From positions 1-23,431 of the forward strand of contig NW_021836606.1 of NCBI RefSeq assembly GCF_006345805.1: 23,431 nucleotides of DNA, given 5' to 3'. Of the stretch, positions 9,794-18,365 are shown piece by piece. The DNA comes from Octopus sinensis. Lineage: Eukaryota. A model generated the notes under the pieces. It was not told where the DNA came from. It made no database searches and saw nothing but the letters and a program-made list of their open reading frames with translations. Numbering within the stretch: position 1 is the stretch's first letter; every line of letters starts with the position of its first letter. Both the position numbers and the translations under genes were made by a program.

Positions 9794-10653
9794 CAGGGTG
9801 TGGTGAATATATTGTCTAAATTACGCAAAAATGAAAATACGGACATCTCATTTTAACAGATACTTACCAAAATTATATGAAAATATCTTGAAATACTAAA
9901 AAGTAAATTTATTCAATAAAATCGCCATTGACTTCAACCACGTTCTCCAGATGACTTCAGAATTTCCTGCAACTCTTCTGGACGGTCTCCATGTTTAAGT
10001 TGGTAAATGCTGCCATAATCCTTGCTTTCAGTTCATCTTTGGTGTTAGAAGGAGTTTTGTTGGTCTCTCACTCAACTGCACCTCACATTAATAATCAAGG
10101 AGGTTTCAGTCTGGGGAGTTAGGTGGTCAGCTGTAACGAGTGATGTGGTCACAGATATTGTCTAAGGGCCATGACTGGGTTCTCCTGCTTGTGTGGCATG
10201 GTGCAGAGTCCTGTTGCCAGACATAGGGTCTTCCAGCAACCACCTTCTTGACCCAGGGCAGTACTACCTCCTCCGGGCACTTGATGTAGGCCTCCATGTT
10301 GAGTCTGGGGCTGTGTGAGAAGATCAATGGAGGCATACCGTTGCCATTACTAGTGATCGCTCTAAATACCATGATGTTGACTGGATGTTTGATTTTTATC
10401 ACTTTTGGTTTATGTTTTGTCAACTCAGATTGACACTCAAACACTTGAAATGTTTGTATTGGAGATTCCGGTGCGAATGCCCAAGCAGTACAACATGTCG
10501 CTTCCTAATTTCTCGCTGAGTGAATTGCTGTTTTTCTATAAGACGGTGCCCAGCTGAGCCTACTATACTGTGTAGTCGATAAGTGAAAAACAAACAATGC
10601 ACAAGCAAAAAATTGAAAATATAAAATTGCGACAATTTACTCATCGCACCCTG
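9794..10653 (-). mobile_element. Internally deleted Tc1/mariner element, DD37D (maT-like) transposase relic
   Basis: TA TSDs (9792-93, 10654-55); ~29-bp imperfect TIRs CAGGGTGTGGTGAATATATTGTC / CAGGGTGCGATGAGTAAATTGTC; the minus strand encodes YVWQQDSAPCHTSRRTQSW...*PPNSPD*NLLDY with 37 residues between the second and third D. Confidence 0.92.
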
Positions 10654-10806
10654 TATACATACATACATACTTACATACATACTTACATACATACATACAT
10701 ACATACACACATACATACATACATACATACATACATACACACATACATACATACATACATACATACATACATACATACATACATACATAATACATACATA
10801 CATACA

Positions 10807-10840
<34 letters not shown>

Positions 10841-10870
10841 CATACATACACACACACATATATATATATA

Positions 10871-10906
<36 letters not shown>
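10654..10906. repeat. (ACAT)n then (TA)n microsatellite (right flank)
   Basis: Direct inspection. Confidence 0.95.
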
Positions 10907-10907
<1 letters not shown>

Positions 10908-11129
10908 GATGTATAATATATTTATGTGTATGTGTATGCTTACTTTTATGTATGTATGTAAGTGTTTCGATTCTCCATCGAAGACATTACTTGCGTTGAT
11001 ATTCAAACTCAGGTCAATCTTGACTGGCAGAGACAAACGGTAAAAGACGTTCCAAACAATGGCCATCAATCTGAAGACTACACCAGTCAATGATTCTTTC
11101 ATTTGTTGAAGTCGTTAGAATGCAGACCA

Positions 11130-11396
11130 GCTGGTGAATAGAGCCACACAATACAGAGGTGCCGCATGTTCTTGTACAGTTCTTTTTCTTCTCAAATAAA
11201 GGACACCTTTGAGGAACGGGACGGGATATGTCATGACCTTTGACATGAGACACATATTTTACCACTCTTGCGTGCGCATGCGTTTCGTTCTGGAGCCATC
11301 GAAGAACTTCTATATTGCCACTCGACCTTCTAGAAACAAGAGTGAATTCGACCTCAAATCACACGTTATTGCCTTAAAAAGCATTGAATATTGGCT
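11130..11396. repeat. Segment duplicated in inverted orientation at 16627-17323 (the other copy is interrupted by SINE-C3)
   Basis: The reverse complement of 11281-11329 matches 17104-17152 at 45/49 nt; homology continues both ways and spans the junction into a family-D fragment. Confidence 0.88.
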
Positions 11397-11900
11397 ATCC
11401 TAATCTTAAATACATCATCACAGAAAAAACAAACAAACGGGACTGTCATGACAGTACGCCTACAACACCAAAGATGACTCTGCTTATACACCACCAGCTT
11501 ACTAGAATCAATGGGTGTCTAGCCAAGGATAAGCAATATTCCATTTTATCATCGCACCGTTTCCGGACATCGATTAAACATATTCACATACACACCAATA
11601 ATGTACATTAAAATCGATTCCAGTACTGAAATCTTTGAATGTGGTCCTGTGTCAAAGAAACCCTAATGTTACAAAACAGCGGATGATTGCACAATTATGT
11701 ATAATCTCGAGTTTATGATACGTGGCTGTGCCAGCGTGCACAGCCATGTACTTGTGGCAGAGCTGAGTGCAATGGCGGAAACAAGCTGACCAACGGAAGA
11801 ATGGATTACATCATCACCTCGGTAACCCATAGCAACGTATTGTCGGCCATCATTGTGAGCATGTCATTGTTTAAATTCACCGAGCAAGCAATTATTTTTT

Positions 11901-11946
11901 TATGTCTGTGTGTGCGTGTGTGCGTGTATGCGTGTGTGTGTGCATG

Positions 11947-11979
<33 letters not shown>

Positions 11980-12290
11980 ATACAGATATATACATATGTA
12001 AACATAAATATATAGATACATATATATATGTATGTATATATGTATGTATATGTATGTGTATGTGCGTATTGTGTGTTCCCTTGCGTGTGCATGTGCACAC
12101 ATATATACATACATAGAATTATACGCGCATGCGTGTATGTTAGGTAGTTATACATGTATATGCATACATGCACACATTCATTTACATATTTGCAATTATA
12201 CATGTATATATGAGTGTATATATGAATGTGTGTGTGTGTATGTGTGTGTACATATATACATACGTACACATACACACATCGATGCATATG
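11901..12290. repeat. (TG)n/(TA)n degenerate compound microsatellite
   Basis: Direct inspection. Confidence 0.92.
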
Positions 12291-12484
12291 TATTTCTGAA
12301 GTAGCTAATGTGTGTGGGGGCGGTGGTGGTGTGTATACATGTATCTTTAATAATGATATTGTATTCTATCAATAAAAATTAAAAACGAAAAACCAAATAT
12401 TCTGCGCCCCCAACGTCACTAGTCATGCAATTGTCTACATTCCAAGAATGGTTCGGTCATTTGAATCGCTGATTCTTAGTCTGG

Positions 12485-12922
12485 AAATAAACTTAAACTT
12501 AGATAAAACTTCGATATGTTTCGACCAAAGATTGGTCCAGGCCATGTCTAACTTCATAGCACCACTTGATAGGATTATCTAAATCCTGTTTAAGTCAAGT
12601 TTTGTTTATGGTCCATTCAAGTAGTGAGTTATTGTTGAGTGAGTTGTATCCAGGTATGATTTTGATTTTTCCAGTTTCAGCTAATGAGCTGTGGCCATGC
12701 TGCGTGGCTTATCCGGTATTCCTTGAAGAAATTTGTCCAAGCTCTGTTTAAAGATGATGGGATCCTTTTCCTCTTTGATCTCTTTCGGGACAATGTTAAA
12801 CAGAGCAGGGCCTGTTGAGGAAAAGAAATTATGTCGCAGTGTACCTATATGCTGTGATCCTGAATTGGGCAGGGGACGTATAGCCCGTGGTCCCAGCCTT
12901 GGATGAACCTTGAAACTAATTT
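12485..12922 (-). mobile_element. CR1/L2-group LINE 3' end (ORF2 C-terminus, 3' UTR stem-loop, (AAGTTT)n tail)
   Basis: Minus-strand translation ISFKVHPRLGPRAIRP...RHNFFSSTGPALFNIVPKEIKEEKDPIIFKQSLDKFLQGIPDKP[insertion]IIPGYNSLNNNSLLEW; stop at 12595-97. It lacks a Met, so it is absent from the ORF track. Confidence 0.82.
12661..12704 (-). mobile_element. 44-bp SINE-C-type 3' tail inserted into the LINE ORF
   Basis: Sense CGCAGCATGGCCACAGCTCATTAGCTGAAACTGGAAAAATCAAA resembles the C tail; removing it restores the PDKP-IIPGY reading. Confidence 0.75.
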
Positions 12923-13199
12923 CAAAAGGAAAAAGAAAACAAAAAAAAAATGGGATTTTACTCCCTACTCCACCCCAACTCCACTCTACATAACTGAGAA
13001 GACAAAGTTTTCTTTCAAATAAATTCTCATTTTTCTTAACTGGCGTCGGACAAGTTAAAAAAGTTTTAAAAGCAACTAAATCTATTAAAAGAGGTCAATT
13101 TATCTCCGCTCCTCCCGTTTATCAGTTCTAGCAGCACCTCGTACCTCCAAGAGAAGCATTGTTGGCGTTCAACTGACAATCCATAAAGATATTGATTTC

Positions 13200-13386
13200 A
13201 AATTTTGGCACAAGGCCAGCATTTTCAGGAGAGGGACTAATTCGATTACATCGCCCCCCAGTGCTCAACTGAAGGATAGAAGGCAAAGTCGACCGCGGTG
13301 GAGTTTGAGCTCAGAACTTAAAGACGGACGAAATGCCGCTAAGCATTTTGTCCGGCATGCTAACCATTTTATCAGCTTACCATCTT
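13200..13386 (-). mobile_element. SINE-B (B5) with internal deletion
   Basis: The reverse complement has the head ...GCTGATAAAATGGTTAGCATGCCGG, GAGCTCAAACTCC, GGTCGACTTTGCCTTCTATCCTTC, then jumps to AGTTGAGCACTGGGGG. Confidence 0.78.
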
Positions 13387-13635
13387 AGAACCCACGAAAA
13401 CATTTAAGACCAGTGAAGAAATGGCTCTCCTGTTCTGTTCTACAATGTTCCAATGTGAATTCTCTGATCAACTGAAAGAGACTAAAACCATTACACACTT
13501 CACGAATATGTCTTAATTGGTTGCAGTTGCTTTTGTTGCTGTTAGTGTGCTTGTTGTTGTTTTAAGTCAAATCACACCATGATCGAACATCAGCCCTACG
13601 ATGAAACGCATTCAAACATGAGCGTCGGGTTTTCG

Positions 13636-14003
13636 TTTTTACCTCCGCCTTCGCTAAGGCTGAGGTATTGTTTTCAGTCGTGTTTGTTTGTTTGTCCGTG
13701 GACAAGATATTTCAAAAACCACCGGATGGATTCGGATGAAACTTTCAGGGATACTTGGCATCCTGACTGACACGAACTGATTAGATTTTGGGATCGATCC
13801 AGTGCCGGACAAGGATTCTGGATTATTTTTCCGTTTTTTTTTTACTTAATTTTTTAGAGTGGTCGGGTTCATTTTTAGTATTCTTGCTTATGAGAGCACT
13901 CGAGTTTATTTCAGATATTCTCATTTTAAAAATCATCACTGGTTAATCATTGAGAGGATGTTGATGTTGCCTTGGCAGAGGTTTGCGCTCCCCAAGTACT
14001 CTT
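13636..14003 (+). mobile_element. DINE-1/Helentron-like non-autonomous element (HINE architecture)
   Basis: T-run, then subTIR ACCTCCGCCTT (13641-51) with its inverted partner AAGGCTGAGGT (13656-66), (GTTT)n microsatellite, 3' subTIR TTGGCAGAGGT (13972-82) and 3' hairpin remnant; this is the DINE-1/HINE layout. Confidence 0.68.
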
Positions 14004-14019
14004 GCTGTTGTTGTTAGAA

Positions 14020-14240
14020 AAGGCAGTGAGCTGGCAGAAACGTTAACACGCCTGGTGAACCGCTTGGCGGTATTTCGTCTGTCTTGACGTTCTGAGTTCA
14101 AATTCCGCCGAGGTTGACTTTGCCTTTCATCCTTTCGGGGGTCGATAAATTAAGTATTGAGTACCAGTTGCGTACTGGGGTCGATCTAATCGACTGGCCG
14201 CTCTCCCAAAATTACGGGTCTTGTGCCTAGAGTAGAAAAG
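14020..14240 (+). mobile_element. SINE-B (B6), tail subtype 2
   Basis: AAGGCAGTGAGCTGGCAGAAACGTT head, central domain, tail like B3. Confidence 0.88.
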
Positions 14241-14329
14241 ATATTCTCAATTTAAAAATCCTCTCTGGCTAATCATTAAGAGGACGTTGGTGTTGCCTTG
14301 GCAGAGGTTTGCGTTCTCTGAGTGCTCTT
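14239..14329 (+). mobile_element. Second copy of the HINE 3' terminus
   Basis: Matches 13913-14003, including TTGGCAGAGGT and the hairpin GCGTTC-TCT-GAGTGC (14311-25). Confidence 0.82.
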
Positions 14330-14363
14330 ATTATTATTGTTGTTGTTGTTGTTGTTGTTAGAC

Positions 14364-14575
14364 AAGGCAGTGAGCTGGCAGAATCGTTAGCACACGGGAT
14401 GAAATAGCGCTATTTCACGCGTCGCTACGTTATGAGTTCAAATTCCGCCGAGGTCGACTTTATCTTTCATCCTTTCGGGGGTCTATAAATAAAGTACCAG
14501 CTGAACATCGGGGTCGATGTAATCGACTCATCCCCTCCCCGAAAATTGCTGCCCTTGTGACAAAATTTGGAACCC
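14364..14575 (+). mobile_element. SINE-B (B7), tail subtype 3
   Basis: AAGGCAGTGAGCTGGCAGAATCGTTAG head, central domain, tail CCCCTCCCCGAAAATTGCTGCCCTTGTGACAAAATTTGGAACC. Confidence 0.87.
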
Positions 14576-14611
14576 ATTATTATTATTATTATTATTATTA
14601 TTATGATTATG

Positions 14612-14643
<32 letters not shown>

Positions 14644-14644
14644 G

Positions 14645-14712
<68 letters not shown>

Positions 14713-14734
14713 CATTATTATTATTATTATTATA
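14576..14734. repeat. (TTA)n microsatellite (3' flank of Dong-like LINE)
   Basis: Direct inspection. Confidence 0.97.
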
Positions 14735-14735
14735 A

Positions 14736-15449
14736 TTCCTTCGTAATGCACCGGAGTCTTTAGTCATCTATCAAGTTGCAACAAGGACCTCAGACAGATA
14801 ATACTTTCCTTAAGATGTGCACTGTGCCCAATAAGGCTGCTTTTTGCAAGACATCAATCTTGCATGGGATTTACAGTTGCATTAACAAGTCTTGAAGTTT
14901 CAATGGGATTGAGCCCAATGCTCCGATCACCATTGGTATCACTTTTACATTACCTTCTCGCATTCCATAAATATTTGCCATTTCCACTTTCAATTTGGAT
15001 TCCTTGGTGATTTTTTTCAGCCTCTTTACTCACAACATTCAAGTCATTTGGTATGGCTACATCAATGATCTGACAGTATTTGTCTCTCATATTCAATATG
15101 ACAATATCCAGCCAACAGTGTTCGATCGCACGATCCGTCTGAAAACCATAGTCCCAGAGTATCGTTCTTTTTCCATCCTCCGGCATAACTTTACTTGGTA
15201 CATGCTCATACCAGTTCTCTGTTACTTCATATTGGTATTTATGGCATAAGAGCCAATGAAGATACACACCCTTTATCGTGGCGGCGTTTGTATTCTTTTT
15301 GTGCGAGGCTCTCACATCCACTTACCAAGTGGATCACATTTTCCACACTTTTTCCACAGATTCTGCATTTCTGGGTGTAAGAAGTTATACTTCACTGACT
15401 TGGTAGCGAGAGCCTGATCTAGTGCAGCAATGATCAGATTTCTTACCTT
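14736..15449 (-). mobile_element. 5'-truncated Dong/R4-clade LINE (CCHC knuckle, REL endonuclease, 3' UTR)
   Basis: LIIAALDQALAT; KCRICGKSVENVIHLVSGC (15314-15367); LAQKEYKRRHD; LHWLLC..WYEHVP..ILWD..QTD..LDIVI..IIDVAIPNDLNV; VIPMVIGALG..LQKAALLGTVHILRKVL* (stop 14790-92); frameshifted; (TAA)n on both sides. Confidence 0.92.
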
Positions 15450-15466
15450 GTGCCTATAGTAGAAAT

Positions 15467-15510
15467 AATTACTATTATTATTATTATTATTACTGTTATT
15501 ATCATCATCA

Positions 15511-15568
<58 letters not shown>
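15467..15568. repeat. (TTA)n microsatellite between two LINE fragments
   Basis: Direct inspection. Confidence 0.96.
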
Positions 15569-15570
<2 letters not shown>

Positions 15571-15680
15571 TATGTTTGACTTTTGCTTTATATTTGTACA
15601 AGTTGGCTCCAAGTCTCACCCAGAGACCTCAAGAGACAACAGGGTTGGAAGTTCATGTTGTTTTTATGCCTAGTGTGCCA
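15571..15680 (-). mobile_element. Probable 3' UTR remnant of a second (TAA)n-associated LINE
   Basis: Sense ...TCTCTTGAGGTCTCTGGGTGAGACTTGGAGCCAACTTGTACAAATATAAAGCAAAAGTCAAACATAG runs directly into (AAT)n; the TGAGGTC...ACTTG motif parallels the 3' UTR start of 14736-14792. Confidence 0.5.
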
Positions 15681-15757
15681 TATATTTGGGTGGGGGGTGG
15701 GGGTGTTGTACTAATGAATGTCTAAAAAAAAATAAAAAATTTTTTTTTTTATTATTA

Positions 15758-15829
<72 letters not shown>

Positions 15830-15840
15830 GATATTAATAT

Positions 15841-16040
15841 GGCGAGCAGGCAGAATCGTTAGAGCACCGGTCAAAATACTAAGTGCATTTGCCCTTTATT
15901 TTCTGAATTCAAAATCCACCTAATCAGCTTTGCTTTTCGTCATATTCAGGATCGATAACCTAAAAATACGAGCCAAATGGCGGGATCGATATCGTTTAAC
16001 CTCCTCCCCCGAAAATTACTGTTTCTACTAGTAGAAACAA
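15841..16040 (+). mobile_element. Old, diverged SINE-B (B8)
   Basis: GGCGAGCAGGCAGAATCGTTAG head, GAATTCAAAATCC, CAGCTTTGCTTTTCGTCAT..GGATCGATAA, CCTCCCCCGAAAATT tail. Confidence 0.7.
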
Positions 16041-16095
16041 TTATTCTTATTATTTGACATCTACTTGCATACACACACTAACAACACACGCACAA

Positions 16096-16190
16096 ATGCC
16101 ACCTAAGTATAAGGCCCCACTCCAGACAATAGATGTAGTAATAGAGAGGCCGTTTAGTTCATTCTATAAAAACGAAATCAAGCGTAAGAT
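16096..16190 (+). pseudogene. Possible pogo/Tigger DDE transposase relic
   Basis: MPPKYKAPLQTIDVVIERPFSSFY has the PPx5LQxxD..I.RPF spacing of the pogo C-terminal catalytic motif; nothing else in the ORF supports it. Confidence 0.3.
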
Positions 16191-16544
16191 CGCCATTGAA
16201 GCCCACAACAAATGTATTTATATAACAATATTTCCAAGAAACTGGATTTTAACAAAAGTCACAGAAAGGAGAGCGCTGAACAATTGTCGATGTATTTAAT
16301 GAATTTCACCAAACCAGTTTTTATGTCCAAAATATATACTATCAGTTATAATTGCTGCTGTTATCTTAAGGTCAGATTCAGTCGAAAGGTTTCCAGCTGT
16401 GACCAACTCGACTTTTGGAGCGGGGGTATAATTGTATGAAGGGCTTGTGTTCCCTTGTATAGAACGGCAGGGTGTATTTGAGGAAGGTTTAAAGCAACTC
16501 TGTCGTCTCCCACAGAGTGTTGTTGTAGTTGTTGTTGCTGATAT

Positions 16545-16702
16545 CGTTGTTGTTCTTTAGCTCCAGATCAGTCCTGATCGAAAAAAATCTACCATTCTAG
16601 CTGTGATCATCCAGTTTCACCTCTTCCACACAACTCGCCACTGTCCAATGCTTTTTAAGACAATGACGTGTGATTGGAGGTAGATTTCACTCTTATTTCT
16701 AG
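16545..16702 (-). mobile_element. Repeat family D copy
   Basis: Sense CTAGAAATAAGAGTGAAATCTACCTCCAATCACAC...GATCAGGACTGATCTGGAGCTAAAGAACAACAAC; homologous to 11329-11396 and 22385-22550. Confidence 0.7.
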
Positions 16703-17103
16703 GCGCAGGAGTGGCTGTGTGGTAGGTAGCTTGTTTACCAACCACATGTTTCCGGGTTCAGTTCCACTGCGTGGCACCTTCGGCAAGTGTCTTTTACTAT
16801 AGCCTCGGGCCGACCAAAGCCTTGTGAGTGGATTTGGTAGACGGAAACTGAAGGAAGCCCGTCGTATATATGTATATATATATATATGCGTGTGTGTGTT
16901 TGTGTGTCTGCGTTTGTCCCCCTAGCATTGCTTGACAACCGATGCTGGTGTGTTTATGTCCCCGTTACTTAGCGGTTCGGCAAAAGAGACCGATAGAATA
17001 AGTACTGGGCTTACAAAAGAATAAGTCCCGGGGTCGAGTTGCTCGATTAAAGGCGGTGCTCCAGCATGGCCGCAGTCAAATGACTGAAACAAGTAAAAGA
17101 GTA
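16702..17103 (+). mobile_element. Full-length SINE-C (C3), no clear TSD
   Basis: Homologous end-to-end to C2; insertion point defined by the empty paralogous site at ~11329. Confidence 0.92.
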
Positions 17104-17325
17104 AAGGTCGAATGGCAATATACAAGTTCCTCGATGGCTCCAGAACCAAACGCAGGCGTACACACACAGACGCGCGCGCGCAAGCGTGTGTCAAATATGT
17201 CGCATGTCAAAGGTGATAACATACCCCGTCCCGTTCCTCAAAGGTGTCCAGTATCTGAGGAGAAAGGGAACTGTACAAAAACATGCAGCGCCTCTGTATT
17301 GTGTGGCAATGTTCACCGTCTGGAT

Positions 17326-17790
17326 GGCGACCAGCTGGCAGAAACGTTAGCACGCCGGGCGATATGCTTAGCAGTATTTCGTCTGCCGTTACGTTGTGAG
17401 TTCAAATTCCGCCGAGGTCGACTTTGCCTTTCATCCTTTCGGGGTCGATAAATTAAGTACCAGTTACGCACTGGGGTCGATATAATCGACTTAATACCTA
17501 TGTCTGTCCTTGTTTGTCCCCCCTATGTTTAGCCCCTTGTGGGTAATAAAGAAATAAGTATTTCGTCTGCCGCTACGTTCTGAGTTCAAATTCCGCCGAG
17601 GTCGACATTACTTTTCATTCTTTCGGGGTCGATTAAATAAGTACCAGTTACACACTGGGGTCGATATAATCGACTGAATCCGTTTGTCCCTTCTGTGTTT
17701 AATCCCTTGTGGGTAGTAAAGAAATAGGTTTTCCGACTGTCTTTACGTTCTGTGTTCAAATTCTGCAGAGGCTGACATTACCTTTCATCC
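17326..17790 (+). mobile_element. SINE-B multimer: one full copy (17326-17556) plus head-less units 17557-17726 and 17727-17790
   Basis: Each later unit restarts at (G/A)GTATTTCGTCTGCC immediately after AAAGAAATA. Confidence 0.88.
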
Positions 17791-17828
17791 AGATAAACAA
17801 ATATGTGCACTATGAACATATAAATATA

Positions 17829-18028
17829 AAGTTAATCCAAACATGAAAACACAAAGAGAAAACACACCAACGCGAGGACATGGAACAAGTATAGTGTCAT
17901 TGGACGCTCAGGAAAGGAAGAAAGAAGGAGTATTTAACGTTTCGAGCGGAGCTCTTCGTCAGAAACATAGAAAAAGGAAAGATCCAATGAAGGGAAGACG
18001 GAGGAAAAAACGGTACACACGCGGTCAC
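17829..18028 (-). mobile_element. Penelope-like terminal fragment, family P2, copy 2
   Basis: Homologous to 5451-5654; intact minimal hammerhead core. Confidence 0.62.
17931..17967 (-). ncRNA. Minimal type I hammerhead-like motif (intact core)
   Basis: Sense TGTTT-CTGACGA-A-GAGC-TCC-GCTC-GAAA-CGT-T-AAATA; stem I UGUUU/AAAUA; stem III palindrome ACGU; predicted cleavage after GUU (17936). Confidence 0.6.
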
Positions 18029-18072
18029 TATATATATATATATAGGAAAAAAGCAACAAGAATGGATTAAAA

Positions 18073-18161
18073 TCTCGGTACAATTGTTTCGTACGAGGAC
18101 ATCTTTAATAAGCTACAAAAAAATGCAGTAAATACAGATGGCTCGTACTCGTCAGCCGAAA
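18073..18161 (-). ncRNA. Canonical type I hammerhead ribozyme with long stem II and palindromic stem III
   Basis: Sense TTTCGG-CTGACGA-GTACGAG...(58-nt domain)...CTCGTAC-GAAA-CAATTG-T-A-CCGAGA; 6-bp stem I, 7-bp perfect stem II base plus CATCT/AGATG and CTGCA/TGTAG extensions, perfect palindrome ACAAUUGU, triplet GUA. Confidence 0.82.
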
Positions 18162-18291
18162 AAACATCAGAGAATTCCCAAACATCAAAAGGGGTAGATA
18201 CAAATGAGGGTGTAAGATTAACTGCATTGAAGAAAGTTCGATTCGTGGAGATCCGATGAAAGGTCTTAAACTTACAGAATTTGTGCATGTC

Positions 18292-18365
18292 TATATATAT
18301 AAAGCTCATATTGAATTGTTATATAATATATATATATATAATATATATATATATTATCATATATT

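Noticed and set aside
11071-11140. CTGAAGA followed by a CTA-CACCAG/CTGGTG-AA-TAG stem
   Set aside because: No GAAA follows the stem, so the hammerhead core is incomplete.
12511-12546. Stem-loop plus GAAAC-ATATC resembling a hammerhead 3' half
   Set aside because: No CUGANGA upstream; explained as the LINE 3' recognition stem-loop.
17256-17275. CTGAGGA-GAAA
   Set aside because: No stem II between the core halves; it lies in the duplicated block whose paralog lacks the motif.
17326-17790. Tandem ~170-180-bp units or the 20-bp array at 23111 as a CRISPR-like array
   Set aside because: There are no unique spacers between repeats, the context is eukaryotic and no cas genes are present; these are SINE multimers and a minisatellite.
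18071-18259. 62-codon open frame on + ending ...ALKKVRFVEIR (PP1-docking RVxF-like), and overlapping minus ORF 18067-18309
   Set aside because: The plus frame has no start codon or convincing splice sites. The region is better explained by the hammerhead fold on the minus strand, and RVxF matches are common by chance.
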